Below, one piece after another: positions 1-14,071 of a DNA stretch of 64,000 nt. Position numbers and translations under genes: made by a program. The DNA is from Octopus vulgaris (lineage: Eukaryota). The notes beneath the pieces are model-generated. The model was not told the DNA's origin. It saw nothing but the letters and a program-made list of their open reading frames with translations, and searched no databases. Within the stretch, counting starts at the first letter, position 1, and every line of letters begins with the position of its first letter. The stretch covers positions 40,238,001 to 40,302,000 of the forward strand of contig OX597825.1 in assembly GCA_951406725.2 (NCBI GenBank), written 5' to 3'.

Positions 1-660
1 AACATCCATATAGTGTAGAGAGAAGGATTGTTCAGTATCTAAAACATCGAGCAAAGAATATAAGCAGCGATCGTGATACGCACCACGAAGAAATTATCAA
101 GCTCAGTAACAATCCATTAAGCAACAACAACCCCAAAAACATACTTTGCACTCCAATTATGAAAAAAAGAAATCATGAAACCAATAAACTGTCCACAGTC
201 TGTCTACCCTCTCCAAAATGATAGAAAAGATATACAGCGCATATGACATTAGGACAGTATTCAAAATTAATACAACACTTTGCAAATATCTCGTTCGAGT
301 AAAACCACCAATATTAAAGAATATAAACAATAACTGCGTGTACTCCATCCCATGCAGCTGTGGTAGGCTATACAAAGGCGAAACATGCTGCACCCTCAAA
401 ATAAGGTTAGAAGAACATCACAAAACTTTGACACGAGGAGATATTGATAAATCAGGTATAGCTGATCATATATGGAAAAATGGAGACCTCTTCCCCCTGT
501 GAGATGAACTTAAAATAATAGACACAGAACACCACTGGAAAATACGGAAACTAAAAGAAGCAGCACATATGCTAGGACACAACAACCTCCTAAGCAGACC
601 GAATAAATAGCATATGAGAACCGGTATTAAGGAAGGATAGGAGAATATTAGATTTATAAG
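1..660 (+). mobile_element. Penelope-like element 3' fragment: RT thumb/linker + GIY-YIG endonuclease (decayed, cut by window start)
   Basis: ORF 218-502 has CVYSIPCSCGRLYKGET..LKIRLEEH..SGIADH; past the stop it continues as DELKIIDTEHHWKIRKLKEAAHM, a typical PLE GIY-YIG C-terminus. Confidence 0.88.
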
Positions 661-688
661 CCCAAATATTCACTCCATAATTGTCAAC

Positions 689-900
689 GGGCATGTGGCG
701 TAGTGGTTAAGAGCGCAGGCTACTAACCCGAATAATAATAACAACAACAGTAACCCAGGCTCGAAATTTTCCCAAACCACCTGCTGAAGGCTGGCGGATA
801 TATCAGGTATAACAACAAACAAGATGAGGACAAAATCCGTGAAAATGTAAATAATATAAATAATGAACATAATTCCTCGTCGCTTAAATATAGAACTGTA
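689..900 (+). mobile_element. PLE 3' terminal region (pLTR) with truncated tRNA-like head, AAT/AAC tract and degenerate hammerhead core
   Basis: GGGCATGTGGCGTAGTGGTTAAGAGCGCAGGCTACTAACCC (A-box) at 689; CTGCTGAAGGCTGG at 781 lacking the GAAAC half; homologous to 3400-3602. Confidence 0.65.
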
Positions 901-2492
901 TAGTACATTAAAATTGTTCCGACATTGTCCATTTCTGTTTGTGCATGGTAACCATTCTACATGTATAATGTATCCTCATCCGAAAGCTTAAAGTGAGATC
1001 TGCAGGAGGCTGGACTGTTATTTCACCTCATCTAACACATTATCTAACACAGACTGTATAGTTTGAAATATTTCACACATATATTTAATGATATTCTCTG
1101 TCTGAAGGAAGATACCTGCCGTTACTGTTCACTGACATTCCCTGCATCCTATGTTTCTACTATCTCTCTTTAATGTAATGTGGCATTTGTGTAGCGACTT
1201 TTCTGCATTAAAGAAACCTAATATTAGATTGTAATAGCATTCGTTGAATAAAACCTTGCTAGAATGTTAGTATTACTATGAATTCGAATTACACTTTTCA
1301 AAAAAGTAAATATGCTCAGTATTCTGATGACTAAGTGTCTCAAAATTATTTCTGCTTAATGTTGTCCACTTTCTGAAATAGGACACGGTCTCTGTACATT
1401 GGAACATATTTATTTTCCATATTTCAAACTATTTTAACTATTGCATAATAAAAGACCGTCAAAAGTTGCATATGGTGTATCCGAAGTTATTTGCAAGTTG
1501 TGACAATTATGAGGATGCTATTAGTTGCAGATATGATATCTAATGTAAACCAGTGAAGGATATTATTTTATGCAACATAAGTTTGGGCTTGTAAGGAAGA
1601 CAGCTTCCGTATTTCGGTGTCTTCAAACATTAAGCTACCGTTCAAAAAGCACGAATTCAGTGTTGTGTCACACCGACACATTACGGAAAATGCAATGATG
1701 CATTTTTATATCTTGAATAATTATATATTTATGAATCTCTCTCTCTTTAAACAGAAACTGTATGAAGGCAACTGTATCAAAAGTAGGAGAAAGAGAACAA
1801 ATGCAAAAGAAAAGTAGCATTTTCGACGAAGCGACCACCGCGAATATTATCGCAGGTAGTAGAGAACACTAAAGAAAAATCTCTGTTCAGAAATGATCTT
1901 TTCCGTTAAGGAGGACTAATTTAACTGCTGAGAATATTCAAAAAGTTATGGTATGTTTCTTACTTTACAAACACGTTTATTAAAGGAAGGGGCTTTTAAA
2001 TCAGATAGTCAGCTATTTTGAAACCCATTAATATGTTAGCTTCCTTCAATTTACATTATAAATTGCGTTTAAGCAAAGTTTGATGGAAGTATATTTCGTA
2101 ATACAAGCAGCAAAGTTTTTTCCCCACTGATATTTCTAATTGGATTCATATTGTCATTAAATCATACAGACGGTAATAGTTATTATCATCTAACCATCTT
2201 AGTTCCCATATTAATAACATAAGAGGAGTTAACTTTTTACTCTCTGAAACGTTGCATTAACTGCAGTTCGTCTTCATTACAAACGATTATTTTATTCCTG
2301 TGCTTGCAATATTTGGACAGAAATTCATGCCTCAAGAGTATTCTAGTACCAATTAAGTTTAATTGTCTTGCACTGTTTCTATAATTGTCACACCCTGTTC
2401 GTCGAATATTCATTAATAAAACTAATAATAACAACAACAACAACAACAATAATAATAATAATAATGATAATAATAATAATAATAATAATAAT

Positions 2493-3395
2493 ATGTCACT
2501 TTCCGGGCATTCACTGCTCTCTGAATCAATAATAATAACAATGAGGTAAAGAACAGCTAAAGCAAGATATCCTCGCCAAAGCAAAGAGACCCCACCTGTA
2601 TGAGAAACGCCAACGTTTCTTTGAACAAAGTAAACAGTTCAAATCCCACCCCAAAAGATTCTACCAAGAGCTTGGCAAAAATAAATTGGAGATCAATGCA
2701 GTACCAACAGTAGAAGTGGAAGAATTTTGGACAGAAATATGGGCGGCGAAAGAAGAACCTTTGAAAAGGTCTATCAAATCAACAAACTAAGCACCTGAAC
2801 AAATTTGGAGCCCTATAACAACTGAAGAGGTCACACAGGCACTGCAAATCCTAATTAACTGTAAGTCACCCGGTCACAATAATATTCTCAACTTCTAGTT
2901 AAAATACCTGAGAGGAACACATAAAAAGCTGACTGAGAAATTTAATGAAATACGAGCAGAGCAAGAGACAACGCCTCAATAGCTCACGGAAGGGCAAACT
3001 ATCCTAATTCTCAAATCCACTCAAACGGCAAACACACAAATTTACAGACCGATAACGTGTCTCCCTAAAATTTAAAAAGCATTTAGAGCAATAATATCGC
3101 AGATAATAAGCAAGCATCTGGAAGAAAACCAGTTTCAGAAGAGCGTATGAGCTGCAAGGGATCATACGGCACGGCTGTAAAGCTCAGCTACTGATCAATA
3201 AAACCATAACTGAAACAGCTGCAGGAAGAAGAATGGTTTAAATATGGCCTGGATCGATTAACGAAAGGCTTTTGATAGAATTACTCACACACGGAAACTA
3301 GAAACAATAGTAATTAACAATATAGGGCCAATAATCATAAAATATATATAACACGCCATGAAAAAATGACAGACATTGCTACAGTACGAAACAAG
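2493..3395 (+). mobile_element. R4/Dong-type non-LTR retrotransposon RT fragment A (decayed)
   Basis: Decayed translation includes KRFYQELG, EVEEFWTEIW, KSPGH, YRPITCLP, QLLINK, LNMAWID*RKAFD; preceded by AAT/AAC tract 2423-2492. Confidence 0.8.
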
Positions 3396-3401
3396 AGGGG
3401 C

Positions 3402-3525
3402 TACAGTATTTACATTATATACATTTGACAGATATTCCTCCTCATCTTGTTCGTTTTTAACACAAAGTTTCGGCTAATAAACCCTCCAGACTTCATCAGG
3501 TATCTTGGGGAAATTTCGAACCTGG
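3402..3525 (-). mobile_element. Inverted PLE pLTR segment with hammerhead core
   Basis: Reverse complement reads GATAC-CTGATGA-AGTCTGGAGGGTTTATTAGCC-GAAAC-TTT-GTGTT (core 3468-3499); homologous to 755-870. Confidence 0.7.
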
Positions 3526-3528
3526 TGT

Positions 3529-3833
<305 letters not shown>

Positions 3834-6526
3834 ACATACTGGGAGTGACACAAGAAAAGATCCAGACATGCTCTCGAAGAAAATATCTGTGTTAGACTGA
3901 AATGAGAAAGGAGACCTTCAAAGCGAACAAAAATACAGGGCGCCAAATACGAAGTATGATATTAACAGAAAGGGCCTGAAAGTAGTAGTGGAGGAAATAA
4001 AACAGTGTCTCGTTGCAAAGAATGGAAAGATGGTAAGATGCGACCAAGAATGTAGGGTTACCACCAGAATAGGTTATTCAAAGTAGATCAGAAGAGATTC
4101 TATAAAGAAATAAATGTTGGGTGTACAGATAAAAAGTTGATAGCAGATAACAATGAAAGTCAAAGGTTTTGGAGTGACATCTGGGGCAAAGACAAGGATC
4201 ATAAGAAGGATGTTGAATGGTTGTAAGAAATGAAGCAAACAGAAGTCTGTCAAAAACTGGCAGAACTTGTCATTTCAGTTAGGGGAGCGAAGGAAATCAG
4301 CAAAATAATGAGCAACTGTAAGGTCCGGGACCAAAATATTTAAAGAATGTCGTGCACGAATAGCTGCGCATCTCAACATATTGTTAAATGCCAACTAAAT
4401 AACACTAAAGTGGTTGACATTGGGTAGGACATTACTGTGGCTGAAAAACATCGAAAAAGGCATTATGGTAAGCAATTACGGGCCGATAACTTGCTTGCCA
4501 CTTATGTGGAAGTTATTGACTGGAATATTCGCAGAGTCAATCTACAAACATCTAGAAAAAATGGAATCCTGCCACATGAGCACAAGGGTAGCAAGCGTGA
4601 GTGAAGATGTACCAAGGATCAACTCCTAATAGATAAAACTGCACTCAGAGATTGCAAGAGGAGGAAAACTATCTTAGCCATGTCATGGATCGACTATCGT
4701 AAGGCGTATGATGTGATCCCACATTCTTGGATTATGAAGTGTGTGAACCTGTTTGGGATTGCATCTAATGTTCAGTGATTGCTTGGAAAAAGCAAACATG
4801 GTGAATTGGATGATGGACCTGACAGCATACGGAAGAAGTTTAGGGACAGTAGAAATTAGGAGAGGCTTCTTCCAAGGAACTTCCTGTCCTCATTGAGGTT
4901 TGTACTGTGCTTGTTAGCACTAACACTGATACTGAGGAAAGCAAAAGCTGGGTATGTATTCAAAAGCCGCCAGCAACCATTTGTTATCCAAGGATGACCT
5001 CAAACTTAATAGAGAAGATGAAGCCCAAGTCAGTTCACTCGTTGATACGGTGTTTTACTTTCAGTGTTGATGTAAGGATGGAGTTCGGACTGAGAAAGTG
5101 TGGTGTGTTAGAATTGCAGAGAGGCAAAATCAAATGTATAGACAGTCTATGGATACCGTCGAGGAGGTTATGAAGCAGGTAGAAGAGACGAGCTATAAGT
5201 ACATGGGGATTTCGGAAATGGACAAACATATGGAGAAAAAAAATGAAAGAATAATTTGAGGTAGAGTACTTGCGCAGACTGAGACTGATCCTTAAGTCGA
5301 AATTAAACGAACGGAATAAGGTCGAAGCTATCAATACCTGGGCGGTTTCAATCCTTATATATGGAGCAGGCGTAATCGCATGAATAGTAGATGAACTAAA
5401 CAGCTTAGACAGAAAGACAAGGAAGTTGCTAACTAGATATGGGTCAGTACACCCAAAAAGGTACACAGACAGACTGTATGCACTAAGAAAAAGAGGGGGA
5501 AGAAGACTTATTGGATGCGTAACAGCATTCGAGCAGAAGAAAACAACATAGTATGGAATGTGAAAAATGTCACAGAACCACTATTATAAGAAATAAGGTC
5601 AGGCTTATGTAGGATGAAAGATTGCGAAGATAAAGCACTATACAAGCAATTGAAAACGATTGAAACTTAAAATAGACAAGTAAAGAAAATAATCCATGGA
5701 AAATTTCATAAGGATGTTCAAGATAAGACAGACAGAGAGAACAGATGGCTATGGATGACTAAAAAGGATTTAAAACCGGAAACGGAGGCTCTAATGAGCA
5801 CAAGATGAATAACACAAGAGCAAGCACTAAGAACAAACTACATAAAAGACAGAATAGACAACACATCAGAAAGTGCTAATTGCAGAATCTGTGGACAAAA
5901 CGGTGAACCGAATGGCATATTACCAGCCAATGTATGTCACAAGCCAAGAAGGAATATAAGAGTCGCCATGTCCATATACCCAAGCTTGTCCATTGGACAC
6001 TTTGCAACAAGAATGAACTTCACAGAGCAAAAAATCCTTACGACCACAATTCGCGAAGCATCATCGAAAAACATAATGCAAAGATCCTGTGGGATTTTAT
6101 GAAACAGTGCGGCCATGAGATAGAGAAGAGAAAGCCAGATATAGTCTTAATTGAGAAAGAAAGCAAACTATGCTGGATCATAGTTATAGCATGTCCAGCT
6201 GAGAACAATGTTTGCGATAAGGAAGGAAGAAAGGTCGATACATATGACAGTTTAGCTTGGGACATAAAGCAGTTGTGGTCGATGGAAACGGTGGCAGTGG
6301 TACCAATAATTATTGGAGACCTGGGAAGAGTGAATAAAAATCTCGAGAAGTACATGGACGAAATAGGGGCTGCAATAAGGGTAGAAAACATGCAGAAAAC
6401 TGCACTGCTTCAAACCGCACGAATACTCTGGAAGGTGCTCGAAAAATAAGAGGTGTTACCTTAGTTCAATGGTAGTGAACAGCTGACACCGTGTTACATC
6501 TCCAGCGTTAGAAGCAGTACAAAGGC
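3834..6526 (+). mobile_element. R4/Dong-type non-LTR retrotransposon B: RT + Zn-knuckle + restriction-like endonuclease (5'-truncated, decayed)
   Basis: [74 protein letters not shown] (ORF 5934-6449); followed by (AAT)n 6527-6556. Confidence 0.92.
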
Positions 6527-6556
<30 letters not shown>

Positions 6557-6557
<1 letters not shown>

Positions 6558-8361
6558 GCTTGGATTGACTTTAAGAAGGCAAATATGATGCCTCATTCTT
6601 GGATCGTTGAATGCCTGCAGATGCTTGGTGTAGCTGACAACATCACAAATTTTCTGATGCATAGCATGAAATAATGGTAAACCAAATTGTACTCGAGTAA
6701 TGTATTCCTTGGAGAAAAATATTAAAAGGGGAATTTTCCAAGGTGTCTCTTTTCCTCCGTTACTTTCTGTAATTGCACTAATACCCATAGCGTAGGAAAG
6801 TTAAGTTGGGTTACCGATGTGTGGAGAAATGCCCATCATTAAACCATCTTCTGCTTATTGGTGATTTGAAATGTTTGGGAAATCTGAAAAACAGATATAT
6901 TTCTCGACCAAAATAGTCCAGAAGTGTGGTAGGGGCATTGTTATGGAATTTGGATTTACTAAATGCTTAGTACTTAACATGAAAAGAGAGAAGAAAGCAG
7001 CCTGCAGATGATTGGGGTTACCATCAGGAGAGGCTATGGGTGAACCTAACGGTAGTCGGTATAGATATTTAGGGAATTCGGAGCTTGACGACATTCTTCA
7101 CAGAGAAATGAAAATCGAGCTAAACGAGGCGTATCAAAAAAGGTTGAAGATGTTGCTGAAATCCAACCTGAATACGCGAAATTTGATTACCGCAATGAAT
7201 ATCTGGGTAGTTGCGGTTGTCAGATATAGTGCGTCAAACCTGAAATGGACTAAGGAGCAAATATCAACACTGGACAAGAAAGTTGATGACCCTGGATGAA
7301 GTGCTACACCTTAAGGCAAACGTTAACTGACAGTATATGAAAAGAAAGAATGGTGGCAGAGGACTAATTATTACAGGCCATTGTATAAGGGGTGTACGCT
7401 TGCCGAGTATTTGATGATTAGTGATGAAGACCCGTTGCAATATGCCGCAAAAGATATGGGTGTAAATGCAGATAAAATGATGTGCAAGCAAGAGTTTAAC
7501 GATAAAGCTGAGAAGACAAAGAAGACCATCTCGACGTGAGAATGCATGGACAGTTTGAAAGGAATACACAAGGCGTTAATAATACAGCATCGTAGACATG
7601 ACTAGAGCGAGATGATTTGAAGCGCACCACCGAAAGCATGATCTTTGCTGTTCAAGACCAGACTTCCGCTACCGATTCAGTGAAATATAACATCTATAAA
7701 AATTCTGACACCCAGGAGTGCAAACTCAGGGGAATGAGTGTGGAAAAATATGACCCTCTGGGTACGTAGATGTGAGAGATTTGTATAAAAAGAATACCAG
7801 CGCTGCCACGATAAAGTATGTACCTTCATTGGATGTTATGCCGTAAATACCAATATGATGTAACAAAGAACTGGTATGATCATGTTTAAGTAAATTTATG
7901 CAGGAGGATGGGAAAGTAATGGCTACTCTGGGACAGAGATTTTCAGACGGATTCTATAATAGAACACTGTCGACCGGATATTGTCATATTGAGTAAGTGA
8001 CACAAATACTCTTAGATCATAGATGTAGCCATACCAAATGACATGAATGGTTGGGAGAAAATAGGTTGAAATAAATCTCCAAGTTCTCCGAATTGGGAGT
8101 GGAAATAGCAAAACTGTATGGAATGAAAGAGGGTAATGTAAAAGTGATACCAGTGGTGATCGGAGCGTTGGGCTCAATCCCATTGAAGCTTCGAAACTTC
8201 TAAAGGCATCTGGAAATCCCATGCAAGATTGACATCTTGCAAAACACAGCGTTATTGTGCACAGCTCCCATCTTACGGAAATTATTATCTGAGTTCCTTG
8301 TCGTGACTTGACAGATGACTAAAGACACCTGTGCATTTTTACATACACTGTGTTACAAAGG
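6557..8361 (+). mobile_element. R4/Dong-type non-LTR retrotransposon C (different subfamily, decayed)
   Basis: AWIDFKKA..PHSW, GIFQG, MEFGFTKC, YRYLG, MNIWVVAVVRYSA, CHDKV, RPDIVI, IIDVAIP; ends in (AAT/AAC)n from 8362. Confidence 0.88.
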
Positions 8362-8699
8362 AATAATAATAATAACAACAACAACAATAATAATGATAAT
8401 AAGAAAAATAAATAAATAAATAAATTGATAAACAAAAATCTATTTTAAAACGTACGCTTTCCACCTACGGTCGCAACTATATCTTAAAATTTATATCCTT
8501 TCAAATCAACATTTGACATAGCCTATGCAACCTCTAATACATATCTAACTGTTGGATGCGAACAAAAAACGTCATGAACTTCGTACGAATTATATCAGAT
8601 TACAGTTGATGAATAAGCACGACTAAAATTTGATTTTCTTCTGTTTGATATCACATTTCAAATCGTTGATCTTGTCTCAGTTATTCTTTAAGCGGGTTT

Positions 8700-8914
8700 T
8701 ATGTCTTTGTCGGTCTCTCTTTCAGTCTCTTTTTCTCTCATTTTCTTTCTCCCTGTATCTCTTTCTTTCTCTCTCTCTCTCCCTTTTCTCTCTCTCTCTC
8801 TCTCTCCCTTTTCTCTCTCTCTCTCTCCCTTTTCTCTCTCTCTCTCCCTTTTCTCTCTCTCTCTCTCCATTTTCTCTCTCTCTCTCCATTTTCTCTCTCT
8901 CTCTCTCTCTCTCT
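8700..8914. repeat. (CT)n-rich polypyrimidine tract with repeated CCCTTTT/CCATTTT interruptions
   Basis: Directly visible. Confidence 0.95.
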
Positions 8915-11430
8915 GTTCAACTAATTTGTGTAGAAGTACGCATTCTGTTGAGAAACAATGAATTAGGCAGCAGCACATAGAGGCGATTTACGATGTTAGA
9001 TTGGAAAATAGCAATCCAAGGGAATAAATCAGTTGTCAGATTTTTTAGGTTGAAAGTCATGGGATCTTGAGGAATCTAAGGTGGTCTCTTTGATGTAGTT
9101 TATTCAATTTGGTCTCTGATCTAAACTGCTTTGATTAAAACTTCTCATGATCTTTTCCGTTTTTTTAGTCACCATTGTTCTGTTAGCGATATTTTGTCTT
9201 CATAGCTAACTACTCATTTCTACCGGAAATGTCTTTAAAAAATATGTACTCACATGCAACATACATGCCTTAATATAAAATGCCTGAAGTACTGGCTTAA
9301 ATCTGTATGTTTCTTATGTTTGGATAACAATTGTAACAATCATCAATACGGTAGATATTTGTGCTATTCATCAGCATAGTAAATTTCAAGTACACCTTCT
9401 TTAACGTCTGACACACCAGATTTCTGTATCATTCTAGACTGTATTAATTCTCTTACGACCTTGTAAAGGGATGGGGGTCCATTGAATTATGAGAATATTT
9501 TCTCGTATCCTCTCTCGGTAATTGGGTTATAGACGAACTTTGTTTTAGAGAGCGAACTCATTGTGCGATTTTCTTATTTTATTTCTTAAACATAACTTCA
9601 AAATTCATATTGCATTAGTTCTATAACAGTGAGCTAATATATTTAGCAAACTTTACCATCTCGAAATTCATTCTTTTGTTTTTCTTAAAAGAAGAATGCT
9701 TTGCTGTTACTCACATTCTCATGGCAGTGTATATGCGTCCTTATATAAACAGGATATTTAGTAGATGAACTAATATTTTACTATGGAACAATATAGTTCA
9801 CGGCCTTACTATCGGCATGCCTATTATTATCATATCATATACTAAGAATTTTTATTTCGCATATAAATCGGAGACGCATCACCTCACTGATGCCACACTA
9901 TTTGAAAACTGGATTGGTTGCATCCGCACTGTTGGGTGACTCGCGTATTATTTACGTCAATTTGAAGCCACACCGATATCATCTTTTGCACACTCATTTA
10001 CAATGTAAATTCTGATGTAGTCCTTTCATAATGAATAACATAGTTATGTTCGGTTCCTCATAGAAGATAACACACGATATTTAGCTCTGTATCGTGTTTG
10101 TTATCACATCAACACTCAGAGGAATAAAATTGGAGATAAACACGTGTTCTATAGAAAATACTCTGTCAACTCTTGAGCTATAAAAGATGAATTAATCACG
10201 TTGTAATAATGAAGAATACAATAAGCTTACGAGAAAACTTGCTTGAGAACAATGGAAAATCTATTCAGGGAAATGCACATTTAGGATGAATTAGACGAGG
10301 AATTGTATTGCATAATTTTGACGAGTAACACATGAATTGATAATACCTAATATTTGCCTAGCACTTGAAATTTATTTTCCTCCTGGCGTCATCTTAAGAG
10401 CGCAACCTGTTGATTATTGGGTTTTAAGCCGTGTACATTTCGTTACTTTGCAAGCATCGTATAGTTATGGTTACTATTCGAAAACGATTTCTTCGAATCA
10501 ATATTTAGAAATATTTCAAGAAATTTGGGCACTTGAAGAGAGCATTATATTCCTGAAAACTTGGATTTAAAAAAATACGTGCTAATGAATTTAGAGATAT
10601 CTGGAGACTTTTCCATTGATAGGAAAAAATTCAGGAACTCATATTTCGTGATCAAGATCAATTGCTGCAAATTTCAAGGCTGTAGACTAATCTACACAAA
10701 TTGTTGAAGAGCTGACTTTATCCAGCAATTCGAAGATTCGTAAGTTCTTTACACAGGAAATTTCAGATAATACAGGAAGAGTTTTGAAGAAGCCAATTTA
10801 CGAGTATTTCATAATGCATTCCAGGGCTTGCCTCAGGTATATCACTCTTAACCCTGCATGACTATCATCTTGAATACTTTCTCTGCCTTGACTTATGTTC
10901 CCGTATTTTCTCAAATAACAGCGTTGTATATTGATTTTACTTTTAGTAGCGGTGTTTAAATGTATGTAATCTCTCTAACTTATGGAAAATGCAATAAAAC
11001 ACCAGCGACTGTAAAGACATCACAGTAATTTAATTAAACATACTTTGCGGTATATTATATAAAAAGTAACATTCGAAGCAGGTATTTACAGGGTGAGATG
11101 TAAGCAATTTTAAAGATAACATATTTTACAATCAGCTGCAGAAAGTACAGCATAACTACAAAATCCAAGAGAAATCATCATGATTACATAGTCCAATAAC
11201 TGGTAATGTAGGTTGAAAAAGAATATATAACAGCATTATTTTCAAGTCGTCTTTACTCTGTTTATAACGAATATCTATATTATACGATCACAGATCGGCA
11301 TCAATAGAGACGAGTTAATCAGGCCTAAAATGTAGTATAGGGAATATGAAAAACAGTGAAGTAAATAGCTGCATGAGTCTGAATCAATTTAATCAATTGC
11401 TTCGTAATTGACTAAGTTTATATATATATA

Positions 11431-12118
11431 GAAACATAGTAAATAGGGTAATAAAAATAAATTATTATTACCAGTGACCTAGCACAAAATCAAATTAGTC
11501 ATTAGATTATATGTTATTCATATATAAGTACGTTAAAAGGCTTCCAAATAAAGAAGCGAGTGCTAGATACACAAAAAGGGGATAAATTTATGAAATAGAA
11601 TGAAAATCAAAAACCTTTACCAACTCAGCTAATCTTGTACCGCGGTTTCATCTTTTTATTAGCAAATGAATAGAATTTATCTGCCAAGGCCAGAGCCTTT
11701 GTAATCCGAGTTGTACATACCATTAGAAGCATGTGCAAATCTAACGATCTGTATACCCTAAATTTTCAGACCAGTGCGCATACGCAAATCATACCCAGCG
11801 ACAAATCATACCTGTCGGCGGGTATGATTTGCGTCTGCGCACTGGTCTGAAAAGTTAGGCTATACAGATCATTAGATTTGCACATGCTTCTAATGGTATG
11901 TACAACTCGGATTACAAAGGCTTCTTGCTGATGATTCTGGCCTTGGCAGATAAATTCTATTTATTTGCTTATAAAAAGATGAAACCGCGGTACAAGATTA
12001 GCTGAGTTGGTAAACGTTTTTGATTTTCATTCCATTTCATAAATTTATCCCCCTTTTGTGTATCTAGCACTCACTTCTTTATTTGGAAGCCTTTTAATGT
12101 ACTTATATGTATCTAGCA
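11431..12118. mobile_element. ORF-less fold-back (PLE-derived) element, arms 11522-11803 / 11813-12108, between (TA)n tracts
   Basis: Arms are reverse complements with scattered mismatches; hammerhead in right arm; ~90-bp unpaired extension on the left. Confidence 0.8.
11923..11997 (+). ncRNA. Type-I hammerhead ribozyme motif
   Basis: Stem I TCTTG/CAAGA; CTGATGA 11928-11934; long stem II with inner GCAGATAAAT/ATTTATTTGC (first stem II pair is a T-T mismatch); GAAAC-CGCG-GTA 11981-11992. Confidence 0.75.
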
Positions 12119-12164
12119 TATATATATATATTATATTATAATGTATGTTTATGTATATGCATAT

Positions 12165-12230
<66 letters not shown>

Positions 12231-12245
12231 TATGTATATGCATAT

Positions 12246-12287
<42 letters not shown>

Positions 12288-12311
12288 CACAGAATATATA
12301 TATATATATAT

Positions 12312-13020
12312 ATATGAATTTCCAGAGATATGATGAGGGATTACATACTCACAGAAGGCAAAATTTATCCATTGTTAATTACAACGAGGTGGGTTCAATT
12401 CCTGCTTATTAGCATTACAGAGAGGGTGAATTAATCCTTTGTATAGATGCACAATTGTGCATCTATACAAAGGATTAATTCACCCTCTCTGTAATGCTAA
12501 TAAGCAGGAATTGAAACCCACCTCGTTGTAATTAACAATGGATAAATTTTGCCTTCTGTGAGTATGTAATCCCTCATCATATCTCTGGAAATTCATATGT
12601 GCACTATGGATTGGGTCACCTTCTCTGTGATGCTATTAAGACTTTTTTAAAATTCTGTGATAAGACTGTACATCATCTTTAAAGAACTTTAATGAACTTT
12701 TGAAATCTGTTTATGTTAATTATCTACATTACTTCATGAGTATAGCCTCAACCACTAGGATGTCTAGAGAACTCACATGTATTTTAGCTGATGAGTACGG
12801 GACACGTTTATATGCTGTAATTTTTGCAACTTTTAATAAAACCTGTCCTTGTATGAAACGATTGTACTAAAATCCTATCCATTCTTGTTGCTTCATTCTC
12901 GCTTATAATCACCCCACATTACTGTATTGTTAAATCAGTATAGTTTTTTTGGTGCATCTAAGTTAGGTACCATATTCAAGTAAATTCATTTAAATTAACT
13001 TGAATCTTTATTGCTTTTTG
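12312..13020 (+). mobile_element. PLE-derived element: spacerless palindrome 12312-12598, then hammerhead-bearing 3' region, flanked by (TA)n
   Basis: Palindrome centred at CAA|TTG 12454/12455; homologous segments at 56431-56830 (-) and 58050-58190 (+). Confidence 0.8.
12782..12872 (+). ncRNA. Type-I hammerhead ribozyme motif
   Basis: Stem I TTTTAG/CTAAAA; CTGATGA 12788-12794; stem II GTACGGGACA/TGTCCTTGTAT; GAAAC-GATT-GTA 12855-12866. Confidence 0.8.
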
Positions 13021-13082
13021 TATATATATATATATATATATATATACATACATATACATATATATACACATATACATATATA

Positions 13083-13173
<91 letters not shown>

Positions 13174-13546
13174 ATATGTATATGTATATATATATGCCCT
13201 AAAAATTGCTTATATCTTTTTTACGATAGTCAGTTCATAATATTGTGTACCATATTTCTGTTTCTGCACTCATTTACGTACTTAAAGCAAATATTTATAC
13301 GTGTGTATGGTGTTTCACGCCAACATTTTCGATATTTCTTCGGAAGAGAGAAACATAATTGTGAATTCAGAAACATGAGTCCAAAATGTAATCTGCCTAA
13401 TTGAAATGGTGAATATATTTCATTCAACATAGCAAATATTTATATAATTATATATACTCACACACTTACTGACGCACGCATGTACTCAGAAACACACACA
13501 TAAATACACACGCATACACACACACACACACATACACGTATATGTA

Positions 13547-14071
13547 TCAGGTCATACCATAAGTTCAGTCCGAATTTTGAATAAAGAAAACAAGTGATGA
13601 AATGTTATATTTAGTTGAAATTTAATCATCAATGTTATTTCCCTGATTATCTATGACGTTCTTCCATCTGTTTACAAGATGTTTAATCCCATCAATGTAA
13701 AACACTTTTGATTTCAAAGCGAAGAACTCTGAAATGTCAGTTTGACCTCCTCTTGTTTCTACCCCCATCTTCTGTGATATGATCTTTGCAGTGTGGTGTC
13801 GCGCATTGTCCTGATGAAACATCACTCCTTTTCGATTCATTAAAGCTTGCTTCAAACGCTTTAATTGCTGACAGTACACTTGAGCATTGATTGTTGCACT
13901 AAGTGGTAACAATTCAAAGTGAATTATTCCTTTGCAATCCCACAAATGTAGGGAGGAATATTTTTCCTATGAAGTTCCCTTCTCCGTTGTGGTTCAGCTT
14001 TTCCCCTTTTACCAAACGACTGCTTACGACATTTAACTTTTCGATAGGACAGGACTAATGGGATGACCTGT
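13547..14071 (-). mobile_element. Internally deleted mariner transposon with both TIRs and TA TSD
   Basis: WDCKGIIHFELL, FHQDNARHH, FYIDGIKHLVNRW (ORF 13622-13945); TIRs TCAGGTCATACCATAAGTTCAGTCC / GGACAGGACTAATGGGATGACCTGT; TA on both sides. Confidence 0.92.

Noticed and set aside
10150-10880. Coding-like stretch (possible exon or old transposase)
   Set aside because: No recognisable motif and no convincing open frame
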